DNA of 63,886 nucleotides, the filler included, from an uncultured bacterium (GTDB lineage: Bacteria > DAOPZR01), in assembly GCA_964637655.1 (NCBI GenBank). It is 3 parts of 3 records of this genome, joined end to end, with 100 filler letters (N's around TTAATTAATTAA, not from the genome) between each part and the next. Parts side by side here need not be neighbours in the genome. Positions count along the whole stretch, not along the records: positions 1 to 25,258 come from CAZWUZ010000019.1; 2 more parts are not named here. One strand, written 5' to 3'. Under the pieces are notes generated by a model that had not been told where the DNA came from, did not search any database, and was given only the letters and a program-made list of their open reading frames with translations. This document shows, piece after piece, positions 10,763-20,265 of this stretch. How positions within the stretch are numbered: the first letter of the stretch is position 1; each line of letters starts with the position of its first letter. Both the position numbers and the translations under genes were made by a program.

Positions 10763-13438
10763 CTAGGCCTTTTTCACGGCGCGGCGCACGACGCCCGCCG
10801 CATCGAGGATGAGCGCCACCGCGCCGTTGCCGAGGATGGTCGCGCCGCTCACCCCGCCCACCTGCTTGAACTCGTCACCGAGCGGTTTGACCACGACCTC
10901 TTCCTTACCGAGCATGGCGCTGATGACCACGCCGAGCCGCTGGCTGCCGTCATCGACGACGAGGATGCTCGTGCGCGCGGCGTCCGGTACGCGCACCGCG
11001 CTGCCGATGCAGTCGGCCAGCTGTACCACCGACAGCGTGCGGTCGCGCAGCTTGATGGTCGCGTTCCCCTCGATGGTGTGGATATCAGCGGCAGGGACAC
11101 TGATCACCTCGGCCGCGTTCTCGATGGGAAGCGCGAAGATCGCCTCGCCGACGCGGAAGAGCATGGCATCGATGATGGCCAGCGTCAGCGGCAGGTAGAT
11201 CTGCATCACGGTACCCTGCCCGGGCACCGAACTGATCTCCACCGCCCCGTTCAGTTTCTTGACCTGATGCATGACCACGTCCATCCCCACGCCGCGCCCG
11301 GAGATGTCCGTCACGGTCTTCGCCGTGCTGAACCCCGGCAGGAAGATCATGCGGATGATTTCCTGTTCCGGCATGGCCGCGAGTTCCGCTTCGGTCACCA
11401 GCCCCTTTTCGACCGCCTTGCGCCCCACCGCGGCGGTGTCGATCCCCTTGCCGTCATCGCGGATCTCGATGCAGACCTGGTTGCCCGCGTGGTAGGCGTT
11501 GAGGGTGATGACCCCCTCCTCGGGTTTGCCCGCGGCGATGCGGTCGGCGGGCGCCTCGACCCCGTGGTCGAGCGAGTTGCGCAGCATGTGGGTGAGCGGG
11601 TCGTTCAGTTCGTCGATCACGCTCTTGTCGAGTTCGGTATCCTCGCCGAGGATCTCGAGGCGGATTTTCTTGCCGCCGCTGCGCGACAGGTCGCGCACGA
11701 GGCGGGTGAACTTGCGGAAAATCTGCCCGATGGGGAGCATGCGCGCCTGCATCACCCCGTTCTGCACCTTGGTCGACAGGCGGTTGAGCTGCTGCGCCGC
11801 GTCGAGCAGGTGCCCGACGGTCTGACGGTTCTTGAACAGTTCCTTGAGCTGCCCGTCGATGCGCCGGATATCCTGCGCCGCCGCCGCCACGGTCAGTCCC
11901 CCCGCTTTTCCCTGCAGTTCCTCCTGCAGCGTCTCGAGCTTGTAGAGCACATCGTCGAGGGTGAAGACGATATCCTTGCGCTCGAACACCGCGCGCAGCG
12001 AGGTGATGAGGTTGAAGATGCGGGCGCGGTTGATGACCAGTTCGCCCGTCAGGTTCATCAGTTCATCGAGCCGCTCGACATCGACGCGGATGGTCTCGCC
12101 GCCGACCTTGCGTGCGTCCGTCCCCGGCGCACGGCGTTCTTCGCCCGCGCGCCGTTCGCCGGCCGCCACGGCGGGCGGGGCAGCCGCGGGTGGCGGCGCG
12201 GCCGGTGCCGGCATGCCGGCCGCCGCCGACAATTGCGCTGCCAGGTCAGCGGTGGACATGTCGGGCACACCACCCTGGCGCAGAATCTCGATTGATTCCG
12301 CCACCACGTCCGCCATCTGCAACAGCAGCGAGACGATTTTTTCGTTCGCCTGCAGCCCCCCCCCGCGGATGCGGTCGAGAATGTTCTCCCCGCTGTGCAG
12401 CAGCTGGGCGAGGTCTTTCAGACCGATGGCCGCGGCGGAACTCTTCAGGCGGTGCGCGAGACGGAAGAGCGCGTTGACATGATCGGCGTTTTTCGTATCC
12501 TGTTCATAGGCAATCAGCGTCTCGTTGAGCTTGATGACATCCTCGCCCGACTCGTCGATGAACACCTTGATATACTCGGGGTTGATGCCGGGCGCGGGAG
12601 TATCCGCAGGCGCCGTGACCACCGGTGGCGCAGGGACGGCAGCGGGTGACGGTTCACCGAGCGTAACGGGCAGCACCTCTGCCGCGTCGCCGGCCACCGC
12701 CCGCACCCCGTCCGCGTCCTCCTGCGTCGCCAGCAGCAGGCGCACCGCGAAGTCGAACTCGTGCGGCATAAACTCGGCGAGCGTGGCGGGGAATTCCGTC
12801 ACCGGCAGCAGCAGGTGGATCTCCCCCAGCGCCTCGAGGTCCTTGTAGAGCGTCAGCGGCTGCACCTGGCGGGCGAAACAGTCACGGTCAAGCCGCAACC
12901 CGACCTCGAAAACGTTGTCCCCGCCGTTGAGCGCGATGCCGATATTGATCTCGTCCATCACGCTGAGTTCCGCTTTTACCGCGGCGGAAACGGTCAGCTG
13001 CTTTTCTTCCGGTTCCGGGGCCGCGCCGGCGGACGGCTGCATACGGTCGATAACCGCGGCAATGCGCGTCACCGTCTCCTCGATATCCGCCTGCTCTCCG
13101 CTCCCGTCGCGGATGCCGCCGAGCAGCACCTGCAGCACGTCGAACGAGGCGAAGATGACGTCGATGATTTCCTGCGTCAGGGTCAGCTGCCCGTTGCGCA
13201 CCAGGTCGAGGATGTTCTCCATCTTGTGGGTCAGGCGGTTGACCCGCGCGAAGCCCATCATCCCCGACATCCCCTTGAGGGAATGCGCGTTGCGGAACAT
13301 CGTGTTGATGACCTCGAGGTCGACCCCCGCAGTCAGCATTCCCTCGATGGAGAGCATGTGCTGGTTGAGCGATTCGAGGTGTTCATCCGCCTCGATGAGA
13401 AAGTCACGCAGCGACTCGTCGAAGTGCGGGTCCGTCAT
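10763..13438 (-). CDS. cheA: CheA histidine kinase with two Hpt domains
   Basis: FRNAHSLKG and FRLAHRLKS Hpt motifs; IRVDVERLD; HMLRNSLDHG; SGRGVGMDVV; C-terminal CheW domain; ATG 13438 overlaps the upstream stop (ATGA). Confidence 0.96.
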   Translation of the reverse strand: MTDPHFDESLRDFLIEADEHLESLNQHMLSIEGMLTAGVDLEVINTMFRNAHSLKGMSGMMGFARVNRLTHKMENILDLVRNGQLTLTQEIIDVIFASFDVLQVLLGGIRDGSGEQADIEETVTRIAAVIDRMQPSAGAAPEPEEKQLTVSAAVKAELSVMDEINIGIALNGGDNVFEVGLRLDRDCFARQVQPLTLYKDLEALGEIHLLLPVTEFPATLAEFMPHEFDFAVRLLLATQEDADGVRAVAGDAAEVLPVTLGEPSPAAVPAPPVVTAPADTPAPGINPEYIKVFIDESGEDVIKLNETLIAYEQDTKNADHVNALFRLAHRLKSSAAAIGLKDLAQLLHSGENILDRIRGGGLQANEKIVSLLLQMADVVAESIEILRQGGVPDMSTADLAAQLSAAAGMPAPAAPPPAAAPPAVAAGERRAGEERRAPGTDARKVGGETIRVDVERLDELMNLTGELVINRARIFNLITSLRAVFERKDIVFTLDDVLYKLETLQEELQGKAGGLTVAAAAQDIRRIDGQLKELFKNRQTVGHLLDAAQQLNRLSTKVQNGVMQARMLPIGQIFRKFTRLVRDLSRSGGKKIRLEILGEDTELDKSVIDELNDPLTHMLRNSLDHGVEAPADRIAAGKPEEGVITLNAYHAGNQVCIEIRDDGKGIDTAAVGRKAVEKGLVTEAELAAMPEQEIIRMIFLPGFSTAKTVTDISGRGVGMDVVMHQVKKLNGAVEISSVPGQGTVMQIYLPLTLAIIDAMLFRVGEAIFALPIENAAEVISVPAADIHTIEGNATIKLRDRTLSVVQLADCIGSAVRVPDAARTSILVVDDGSQRLGVVISAMLGKEEVVVKPLGDEFKQVGGVSGATILGNGAVALILDAAGVVRRAVKKA

Positions 13439-13848
13439 GCCACGCCTCCGCCCGGCCGCACCGTCGTTTCCTGCCACGGCCCGTCCGGCACCCCGACGGC
13501 CTGCGCCGCCGCCGCCACCGAATCGTACGCGGGAAGGCGGTCGGTGAGGCGCGCGATCTCCAGCAGTTCCCGCACTTCCGCGGCAGGACGCACGACGGCG
13601 ATGCGGCCGTCACACTCGCGCATTTCGCGGCAGCAGACCCCGAGCATGCCGAGCGCCGAGCTGCTCATCAGCGTCACCTCGTCAAGTTCGAAGATGAGGG
13701 CGCGGCAGCCGCCGCGGATACGTGCCCGCGCCTGCTGCAGGATAAATTCCGCCTCCAGCGCCCGCAGTTTGCCCGCCGGACGGAGCACGACGGCACCGCC
13801 GCCGCGCCTGACGGTCAGCACCAGTTCGCTGGCCGGGTGTGCTGACAT
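13435..13848 (-). CDS. STAS domain anti-sigma factor antagonist
   Basis: LIFELDEVTLMSSSALG motif; coupled to both neighbours. Confidence 0.8.
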   Translation of the reverse strand: MSAHPASELVLTVRRGGGAVVLRPAGKLRALEAEFILQQARARIRGGCRALIFELDEVTLMSSSALGMLGVCCREMRECDGRIAVVRPAAEVRELLEIARLTDRLPAYDSVAAAAQAVGVPDGPWQETTVRPGGGVA

Positions 13849-14186
13849 CACGCACCCGCCCGCTGCACGGCATCTTCCTCGCTGTCGCTGAACTGCAGCA
13901 CGTCCTGCAGGCGGGCAATAACAAAGATGTCGCGGATACGCTGGGGGACCCTGAGCAGGACGAGACGCCCGCCCTGGGAAAACAGGTTCTTGTGCGTCAC
14001 CCCGATAAGCCCGAGTCCCGCGCTGGTCATGAAGGTCACCCCGTCCATATCGATGACGATGTGGTTCTTTCCCTGCTCCATCAGCGCGATGATCTGCCCC
14101 TTGATCTCCTGCGACTCAACCGCTTTCAGTTCGCCACTGAGCGTGATGATGGTGACACCATCCCGTTCGCGTGTTTGGCAATCCAT
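13848..14186 (-). CDS. STAS domain anti-sigma factor antagonist (RsbV/SpoIIAA-like)
   Basis: IVIDMDGVTFMTSAGLG motif, 112 aa. Confidence 0.9.
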   Translation of the reverse strand: MDCQTRERDGVTIITLSGELKAVESQEIKGQIIALMEQGKNHIVIDMDGVTFMTSAGLGLIGVTHKNLFSQGGRLVLLRVPQRIRDIFVIARLQDVLQFSDSEEDAVQRAGA

Positions 14187-14211
14187 GGCATCCCCCTATT
14201 GGGTATATCGG

Positions 14212-16335
14212 TTATTTTGATCTTATCACAATCAGGGTGGTGTCGTCAAACGGGGCTGCCCCTCCGCCAAACACCTCGACCGCCTTGAGCACTTCGCGGC
14301 CGATATCCTCAGCAGACTGCCGGGCGCATTCGGCAAAGACCTCGCGCAACTGCTCCACCCCGAAGCTGCGCCCGCTGCCGTCACGCATATCGATAACCCC
14401 GTCCGTATACAGCAGCAGGACATCACCGGGCGCGAGCACCGTTTCCCGTTCGAGGTAGGCAGTATCGGGGTCCATGCCGAGGATCATTTCCCCCCCTTTG
14501 ACACTGTGCACGTTCTGTTCCGCCGCGCGCCAGACCAGCGGCGAGTAGTGGCCGGCATTGACCAGCGTGAGGCGCCGCTGTTCCGTATCAGCGAACCCGA
14601 GGATAAGCGGCTGCAGCATATCAGGAAAACGTTCGAAGACGAAGCGGTTGAGCCGCTCGACCAGCAGGGCGGGCGCATCGAGGTAGTCGCTGAACGCGCG
14701 CACCGCGGCGGCGAATTGCGCCATGCAGAGCGCGGCGGTAATACCCTTCCCCTGCACGTCGCTGATGAGGAACCCCTGCAGGTGCGGATGACCGGGAACG
14801 CGGAAGAAATCGTAGTAATCGCCACCCACCGAAGTGGCGGGATGACAGGCGGCAAAGCATTCCATGGTCGGGGTCGCGGGCGGTGGTGACGGCAGCAGGT
14901 GGCGCTGAATGCCCGCAGCGAGTTCGAGTTCGTGTTCCAGCCGCCGCTGGGAGAGCGCCACGGAAAAGAGCTGCGCGCGCTCGACTGCCAGCACCGCGTA
15001 ATTCGCCACCGTCATCATCGTGGCAAGAAAGTCGGCCGTCGCCCCGGGCGCGGGATTGAAGAGCACTACCAAGCCGGTCAGTTTCTCCGCGGTCGCCAGC
15101 GGGACATAGACCGCGCCGTGCAGCGGGAAGGGGAGCGCGGCATTGAGCAGCACCGGCAGCGCGCCGCCATCCAGCGCCTCATCCATGCCGCGCACCTGCA
15201 GCTGCGCCCCGTAGCGCCCGGTGGCGGCATCGCGCATGACGAGGCAGGCGCGCCGTTCCGCCGCCACCCGCTCGCGCAGCAGCGTTCCCTCCCCGGTGAC
15301 AAACAGCCCCTTGGCGAGCACCAGTTCCGCCGCCGCCGGATCGAATTCCTGCGTCCCGCGCAGCGCCCAGCGCTCCCCTTCGCACAACAGGACCAGCCCG
15401 GCGTTGCCGCGGCAGATAATGAGCATCTGTTCGAGCAGCAGCGCGAGCAGCTGGTCGAGGTCGCTGATGGCGCCGAACATCTGCCCGATCTGCCGCAGGC
15501 AGGCGGTGGTTTCTTCGAGTTCACGGAAGAGCGCGCGGTTCTCGCGCAGGATGCGCTCGCGTTCGAGCGCGTTGCGCACGGTGGCGCGCAATTCGTCGAG
15601 TTGCACCGGCTTGGTCAGGTAGGCGAAGGCGCCGCGGTTGAGCGCCTCGACCGCGACATCCACCGTGGAGAACGCGGTCATCAGCACAACCGGAACGAGC
15701 GGGTCGAGCTGCTGCACCTGGCGCAGCAGTTCCAGCCCGTCCATTCCCCCCATACGCAGGTCGGTAATGACCGCCTGGCAGGGCTGCGCGCGCAGTTTGG
15801 CCAGCGCTTCCTCACCGCTCCCGGCGGTCTCGACCGCGTAGGTTTCGCGCTTGAGGTTGAGGCGCAGCATGTGCAGGATGGCTTCCTCATCGTCGACGAG
15901 CAGCACCCGCTGGCGCGCCGCGGACAGGTAGCGCAGCGGCTTGCGCTTGCGCAGGGTGACGCAGCGCCCCCCTGCACTGTAGGTCACCTCGTCCATATAC
16001 GATTTCATCAGCAGAATGCCGCGCCCTGAGCCGGCGAGCAGGGTCTCGTCGTCGGGTTCACGCCACGCCGCGGCATCGAACCCCGCCCCTTCGTCGCAGA
16101 CCGTCACCGTCACCTGCGCCGGGTCGGCGGCAAAGGTCACGGTGATCTGTTTCGTTTCGTCACTGTCATGCCCGTGCAGGTGGGCGTTGACCAGTGCCTC
16201 GTAGAGGCAGAGCCGGAACTCGAAGGCGGAGAGCCAGGTCCCCGCCTCGCGGTACCACGGTTCACCCGTCAGGCGGTCGAGATACTCTTCGATGGCAGCG
16301 TAGGAGGAAGTGAGGCGGGTGACGTTTTCCGGCAC
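14212..16335 (-). CDS. Fusion: RsbW-like Ser kinase + REC + GAF-like + SpoIIE/PP2C phosphatase
   Basis: EALVNAHLHG..DEGAGFD..GRGILLM; LVDDE..ITDLRM..KP; VGGDYYD, SDVQGKG, LYTDG and DDTT motifs. Confidence 0.9.
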   Translation of the reverse strand: MPENVTRLTSSYAAIEEYLDRLTGEPWYREAGTWLSAFEFRLCLYEALVNAHLHGHDSDETKQITVTFAADPAQVTVTVCDEGAGFDAAAWREPDDETLLAGSGRGILLMKSYMDEVTYSAGGRCVTLRKRKPLRYLSAARQRVLLVDDEEAILHMLRLNLKRETYAVETAGSGEEALAKLRAQPCQAVITDLRMGGMDGLELLRQVQQLDPLVPVVLMTAFSTVDVAVEALNRGAFAYLTKPVQLDELRATVRNALERERILRENRALFRELEETTACLRQIGQMFGAISDLDQLLALLLEQMLIICRGNAGLVLLCEGERWALRGTQEFDPAAAELVLAKGLFVTGEGTLLRERVAAERRACLVMRDAATGRYGAQLQVRGMDEALDGGALPVLLNAALPFPLHGAVYVPLATAEKLTGLVVLFNPAPGATADFLATMMTVANYAVLAVERAQLFSVALSQRRLEHELELAAGIQRHLLPSPPPATPTMECFAACHPATSVGGDYYDFFRVPGHPHLQGFLISDVQGKGITAALCMAQFAAAVRAFSDYLDAPALLVERLNRFVFERFPDMLQPLILGFADTEQRRLTLVNAGHYSPLVWRAAEQNVHSVKGGEMILGMDPDTAYLERETVLAPGDVLLLYTDGVIDMRDGSGRSFGVEQLREVFAECARQSAEDIGREVLKAVEVFGGGAAPFDDTTLIVIRSK

Positions 16336-16349
16336 GGCCGCCCCCGCGG

Positions 16350-16694
16350 TCAGGCCGGCGGCCGCAGTGCGGCGACAGCAGTCGCTTCGTCGTGATGGAT
16401 CTTGAGCAGGTCGGCAAGACGGGTGATGGTCAGCACGCGCTGCACGTTTTCCGTCGGCTGCAGCAGCACGAGCGCGCCCTGCTGCGCCGCCAGCCGGCGA
16501 TGGAACTTGCCGATCATGCCGAGCGACGTGCTGCAGACAAAGTCGACATTGGCGAGATTGAGCACGATGCGCGTTTTGCCCTGCACCGCCAGCGAGGCAA
16601 GGGCGAATTCGAGCATGTCGGCCGCGCTCTTGTCGAGATCGCCGGCGATGTCAATCACCGGCACGCCGTCACGTTCCCGTACCGAGTAATCCAT
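16350..16694 (-). CDS. STAS domain anti-sigma factor antagonist
   Basis: IVLNLANVDFVCSTSLG motif; GGAGG RBS ahead of ATG 16694. Confidence 0.88.
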   Translation of the reverse strand: MDYSVRERDGVPVIDIAGDLDKSAADMLEFALASLAVQGKTRIVLNLANVDFVCSTSLGMIGKFHRRLAAQQGALVLLQPTENVQRVLTITRLADLLKIHHDEATAVAALRPPA

Positions 16695-16744
16695 CTCTTC
16701 CGCCTCCGCCCGCACAGTGTACTCTTCCTGCCCGGGGAATGCAA

Positions 16745-17974
16745 CTACCGCGCCACCTCGCGGGCCACGCTCTCTCCCGCCACCACGGTGATACCGGTCA
16801 ACACCGGCACCGGCGTCTCCCCGTAGCGGAACTCGACGCGGTAGGTGCCGGGCGGCAGGTCGATGGCGCTCCCCCCGGGCGGCAGTTCCAGCGACGACCG
16901 CGTCAGTTCGCGCCCCCCCGCCTCATCGTAGATGCGGTAGTAGAGCAGGCCTTCCGCGCGGATGCTGCGCCGCAGTTCCAGCCGCCCGCAGCCGCCAAAT
17001 ACCACTTCCGCCGTCTCCCCCGCGCTGACCGCCACGTTCTCCCGCGGCGGAAACACCACGTCGGTATAGGCAAGTTCAACCACGTAGGTGCCCGCCGGCA
17101 GGCGCACCGGCATGTCACGCGGAAAATCGAAGGTGGTGCCGAACAGGTCGCGGTCACGCGTCTGGTCGTAGATGCGGCAGGCTCCCGTCAGCGGGGTGCC
17201 GAGCGCCGACACGCGCCGCACCGTCAGCAGGCCGCGCGCGGGGTCGACCCGCACCGGCACCAGCGGCGTGTCGCTGAGCAGCACGGAGCGCGGCAGGCCG
17301 CGGAACTCGTCCGCGTGGGTGATGCCCTCGAGTTCCGCCCAGCGGGCCTGCCACATCTCGCCCTGCGCGGACATGCTCCCCGGTTCGTCGCCGGCCGGCA
17401 GCCAGAGGACATCACCCATGTTGACAAACTGCAGCCGCTCGTCCGCCGCCACCTGCGCGTCGCCGCTCGCCACGGCCACCTCACAACCCGCCGCGGTCAC
17501 GCGCAGCGCCGCCTGCCCCGCGCGCACCGTGACTTCCGCCCGCCCCCCCTGCAGGCAGAGGCCCGCCTCGGGGTTGCCGCCCGCCAGCGCACCGGCCGTT
17601 CCCGCGGTCAGGATCAGGCGGGGCACCCCGTTGCGCCATGATACTTCCGCCACGGTACCGGAGAGCAGTCGTGCCACGCCACGCCCGGGAAAGAACAGGT
17701 CGCAGGTGCCGGTCCCGGTGCGCAGCACGGCAGCATTGAGCAGGCGCGTCCCCGGGGTCAGCCGCACCTCGGTTCCCGCCGTGCCCGACCAGACCTCACC
17801 CTGCGCGTCGGTGATGATCCCCTCGCCGGCCGCGGTATCGGTGGCAAACAGCTCGAGCGTGAAGGTGTCGCCCGTCATGCCGGCCGGGCCTGCCGGCGCC
17901 GATGCCTGCTCCCCGCTGCCGCAACCGCCGCAACCGGCCAGCAGCAGCAGCAACAGCACGCTGCACTGCTTCAT
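16745..17974 (-). CDS. Putative lipoprotein with FecR-like region and two beta-sandwich repeats
   Basis: MKQCSVLLLLLLAGC lipobox; LRTG..CDLFF pattern; repeated LPAGTYVVE / LPPGTYRVE; coupled to the upstream GT2. Confidence 0.5.
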   Translation of the reverse strand: MKQCSVLLLLLLAGCGGCGSGEQASAPAGPAGMTGDTFTLELFATDTAAGEGIITDAQGEVWSGTAGTEVRLTPGTRLLNAAVLRTGTGTCDLFFPGRGVARLLSGTVAEVSWRNGVPRLILTAGTAGALAGGNPEAGLCLQGGRAEVTVRAGQAALRVTAAGCEVAVASGDAQVAADERLQFVNMGDVLWLPAGDEPGSMSAQGEMWQARWAELEGITHADEFRGLPRSVLLSDTPLVPVRVDPARGLLTVRRVSALGTPLTGACRIYDQTRDRDLFGTTFDFPRDMPVRLPAGTYVVELAYTDVVFPPRENVAVSAGETAEVVFGGCGRLELRRSIRAEGLLYYRIYDEAGGRELTRSSLELPPGGSAIDLPPGTYRVEFRYGETPVPVLTGITVVAGESVAREVAR

Positions 17975-18915
17975 GCGCGGTGCTCCGCCGGATTTTTGCT
18001 GGATGCTGCCGTGCTCCAGGCACAGCTGTCCCACGCCGCGCGCGCGGCACAGCGTCGTGCCGCACGGTCTGCGCACCGGTCGACTGCATGCTGCAGCCAG
18101 GCGGCCCAGCCGGTCGCGCGTTTCACCGCCCGCTCCTCTGCGGTCAGCGCCGCCTGCCGTGCCGCGCGCGACCGCACATCCGCGGTCGCCCGCCGGTAGG
18201 CATCATACCGCGCCCCGAAATGCGCCCGCGCCTGCAGGTCGCCCGTGCGCATCCGCACCTCGCGCCGGTAATACTCGCCCCAGTGCGCGGGGGGTGCCTG
18301 CCAGCCGATGGCCTCAGGCACGCGCACGATCCGCTCCGCGCCGATACTGATCCCCAGCCAGAGGTCGTCGTTGATGACCGCAACCGGCAGTTCCGTGACC
18401 GCCCCGCGCCGCAGCGCGTATAAAGGCCCGTTGAGAAAGGCCGCCGGTTTCGCCGCTAACTCCGCCATTTTCACCGCCAGGCGCCGGTAGAGCGCGGTCG
18501 CTCCCGCGCCCGCAGGCGCCAGCAGGCTGCCTGCCGCCGCCGGTGCCGCCGGCGTTCCCTGCAGCGCTGTCACCAGCGCCGTCACTGCCGCCGGTGCCAG
18601 CCGGATATCCGCGTCACAGTAGACCAGCACCTCGCCGCGCGCCGCCGCCGTCAGTGCATTCCAGGCGCGCGCCTTGCCCGCCACCGGCACGCCGATCACA
18701 CGGTCGGCGTCCGCCGCCAGCATCCGCCCGGCGACACGCACCCGTTCCGCGAAAACCGTCTCCGTCCCGTCACTGCAGGCGTTGGCGCCGAGCAGCACCT
18801 CGCTGCGCCACTCCGCCGGCCAGTGCGGCGGGGCCAGGGCCGCATGCAACGACGTGAGCATTGCCGGCAGCGCGCGCTCCTCGTTATGGGCGGGGATGCA
18901 GACGGAAACCAGCAT
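17971..18915 (-). CDS. Glycosyltransferase family 2
   Basis: VSVCIPAHNE, SDGT, CDAD and NDD motifs. Confidence 0.85.
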   Translation of the reverse strand: MLVSVCIPAHNEERALPAMLTSLHAALAPPHWPAEWRSEVLLGANACSDGTETVFAERVRVAGRMLAADADRVIGVPVAGKARAWNALTAAARGEVLVYCDADIRLAPAAVTALVTALQGTPAAPAAAGSLLAPAGAGATALYRRLAVKMAELAAKPAAFLNGPLYALRRGAVTELPVAVINDDLWLGISIGAERIVRVPEAIGWQAPPAHWGEYYRREVRMRTGDLQARAHFGARYDAYRRATADVRSRAARQAALTAEERAVKRATGWAAWLQHAVDRCADRAARRCAARAAWDSCAWSTAASSKNPAEHRA

Positions 18916-19997
18916 CAGCGTGACTCCGTCTGCTGCAACAGGTGGACCAGCGCCGCGGTCACCCGCGCCGGGGTCAGTTGCCGCATGCAGCGATGGTCAT
19001 CACAGCGGTTGACATTGCACGGGGCGCAATCGACCGCATCACGCAGCACCTGCGCCTCCGCCCGCCGCGGCCCGGTGATTTCCGGCAGCGAGGCGCCGAA
19101 CAGGCCGAGGGTCGGCACCGCCAGCGCCTGCGCGATGTGCAGCGGGCCGCTGTCAGTCGAGATCATCGCCCGCGCCCCGCCAATCAGCGCCGCGGTCACC
19201 CGCAGCGACAGCCGCCCGACGCTGCTGATCACCCCGTCCGCTGCCGCCGGTTGTGCGTTGCCGACCAGCACCAGCGGCAGGCCATGCGCCGTGCGCAGGT
19301 GCTCTGCCAGTTTTGTCCACTCCGCCGGGCCGCCCCACCAGCGCGAGCGGCGATTGCCGTACGGGTGCAGGCAGACATACGGGCCGGTCACGCCCGCAGC
19401 GGTGCAGAAGGCGCGTGCCGCCTGCCGCTCCTCCTCCGTCAGCACCAGTTCCATCGTCTCGTCATCACTGTCGATGCCGAGCACCCGCAGGTTGCGGATC
19501 TTTTCCGTCAGCCCGTGCAGTTCCGTGCGCCGCGTCGGCACCGGCAGCGTCAACAGGAACGCCAGCCGGCTTTCCGCCCAGCCGTAGCGGTGCGGGGCGC
19601 CCGACAGGTAGACCAGCGGCACGATATCAGGATCATTGGCGTGCAGGATAACCGCAAGATCGAACTGCTGCCGTACCTGCTGCAGCAGGCGCGGCAGATG
19701 CCTGAGATAGGCAAGGTTGACCCGCCCGGGATGCGGGACGAATGTATCGAGATGCGGGTTGTGCTGCAGGACTTCCGCCGCCGCCGCGCTCACCAGCGCC
19801 GCGATATGCGCCTGCGGAAACCGCCGCCTGAGCTGCCGGATGGCGGGTGTCGACAACAGCGTGTCACCGATGGCCGTGGTATTGACCACGAGGATGCGCC
19901 GCACCGCCGCCGGGTCAAACACCGGCTGGCGCCGGTCGCACGCATGCACCGCGCGGAAGATGCCGCGCAACGCGGTCAGCAGGACCGGGTTCGGCAT
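18915..19997 (-). CDS. Glycosyltransferase family 9 (heptosyltransferase-like)
   Basis: RILVV..TAIGDTLLSTP and STDSGPLHIAQAL..PTLGLFG motifs. Confidence 0.9.
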   Translation of the reverse strand: MPNPVLLTALRGIFRAVHACDRRQPVFDPAAVRRILVVNTTAIGDTLLSTPAIRQLRRRFPQAHIAALVSAAAAEVLQHNPHLDTFVPHPGRVNLAYLRHLPRLLQQVRQQFDLAVILHANDPDIVPLVYLSGAPHRYGWAESRLAFLLTLPVPTRRTELHGLTEKIRNLRVLGIDSDDETMELVLTEEERQAARAFCTAAGVTGPYVCLHPYGNRRSRWWGGPAEWTKLAEHLRTAHGLPLVLVGNAQPAAADGVISSVGRLSLRVTAALIGGARAMISTDSGPLHIAQALAVPTLGLFGASLPEITGPRRAEAQVLRDAVDCAPCNVNRCDDHRCMRQLTPARVTAALVHLLQQTESR

Positions 19998-20025
19998 GGG
20001 GCGGCAGGCGCGGAACGGACGATGG

Positions 20026-20226
20026 TCAGGCCGAGATGTCGATCTGCCTGCCAAGCCCGAGTTTGAGCGTTGACGGCAGCGCCGAACCGGCGAGGGCATC
20101 GCCGCCCATCGGGTTCGGGTCGGGCGTGTTGCGCTCGACCCGTGACGAGGCATCCGTCGCGCGATACTGCTGCAGGTTGCTGTTGAAGTTCTGGGCCGGA
20201 ACGATGGCGCCGATTTTTCCTAACAT
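20026..20226 (-). CDS. Small hypothetical protein with C-terminal LGRQIDISA motif
   Basis: GGGGG RBS; fills the intergenic gap on the operon strand; tail resembles YjfB-like motility proteins. Confidence 0.55.
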   Translation of the reverse strand: MLGKIGAIVPAQNFNSNLQQYRATDASSRVERNTPDPNPMGGDALAGSALPSTLKLGLGRQIDISA

Positions 20227-20265
20227 GTCTCTGTTTCCCCCTGTACCGTGTATTCGTTCCTGCTT

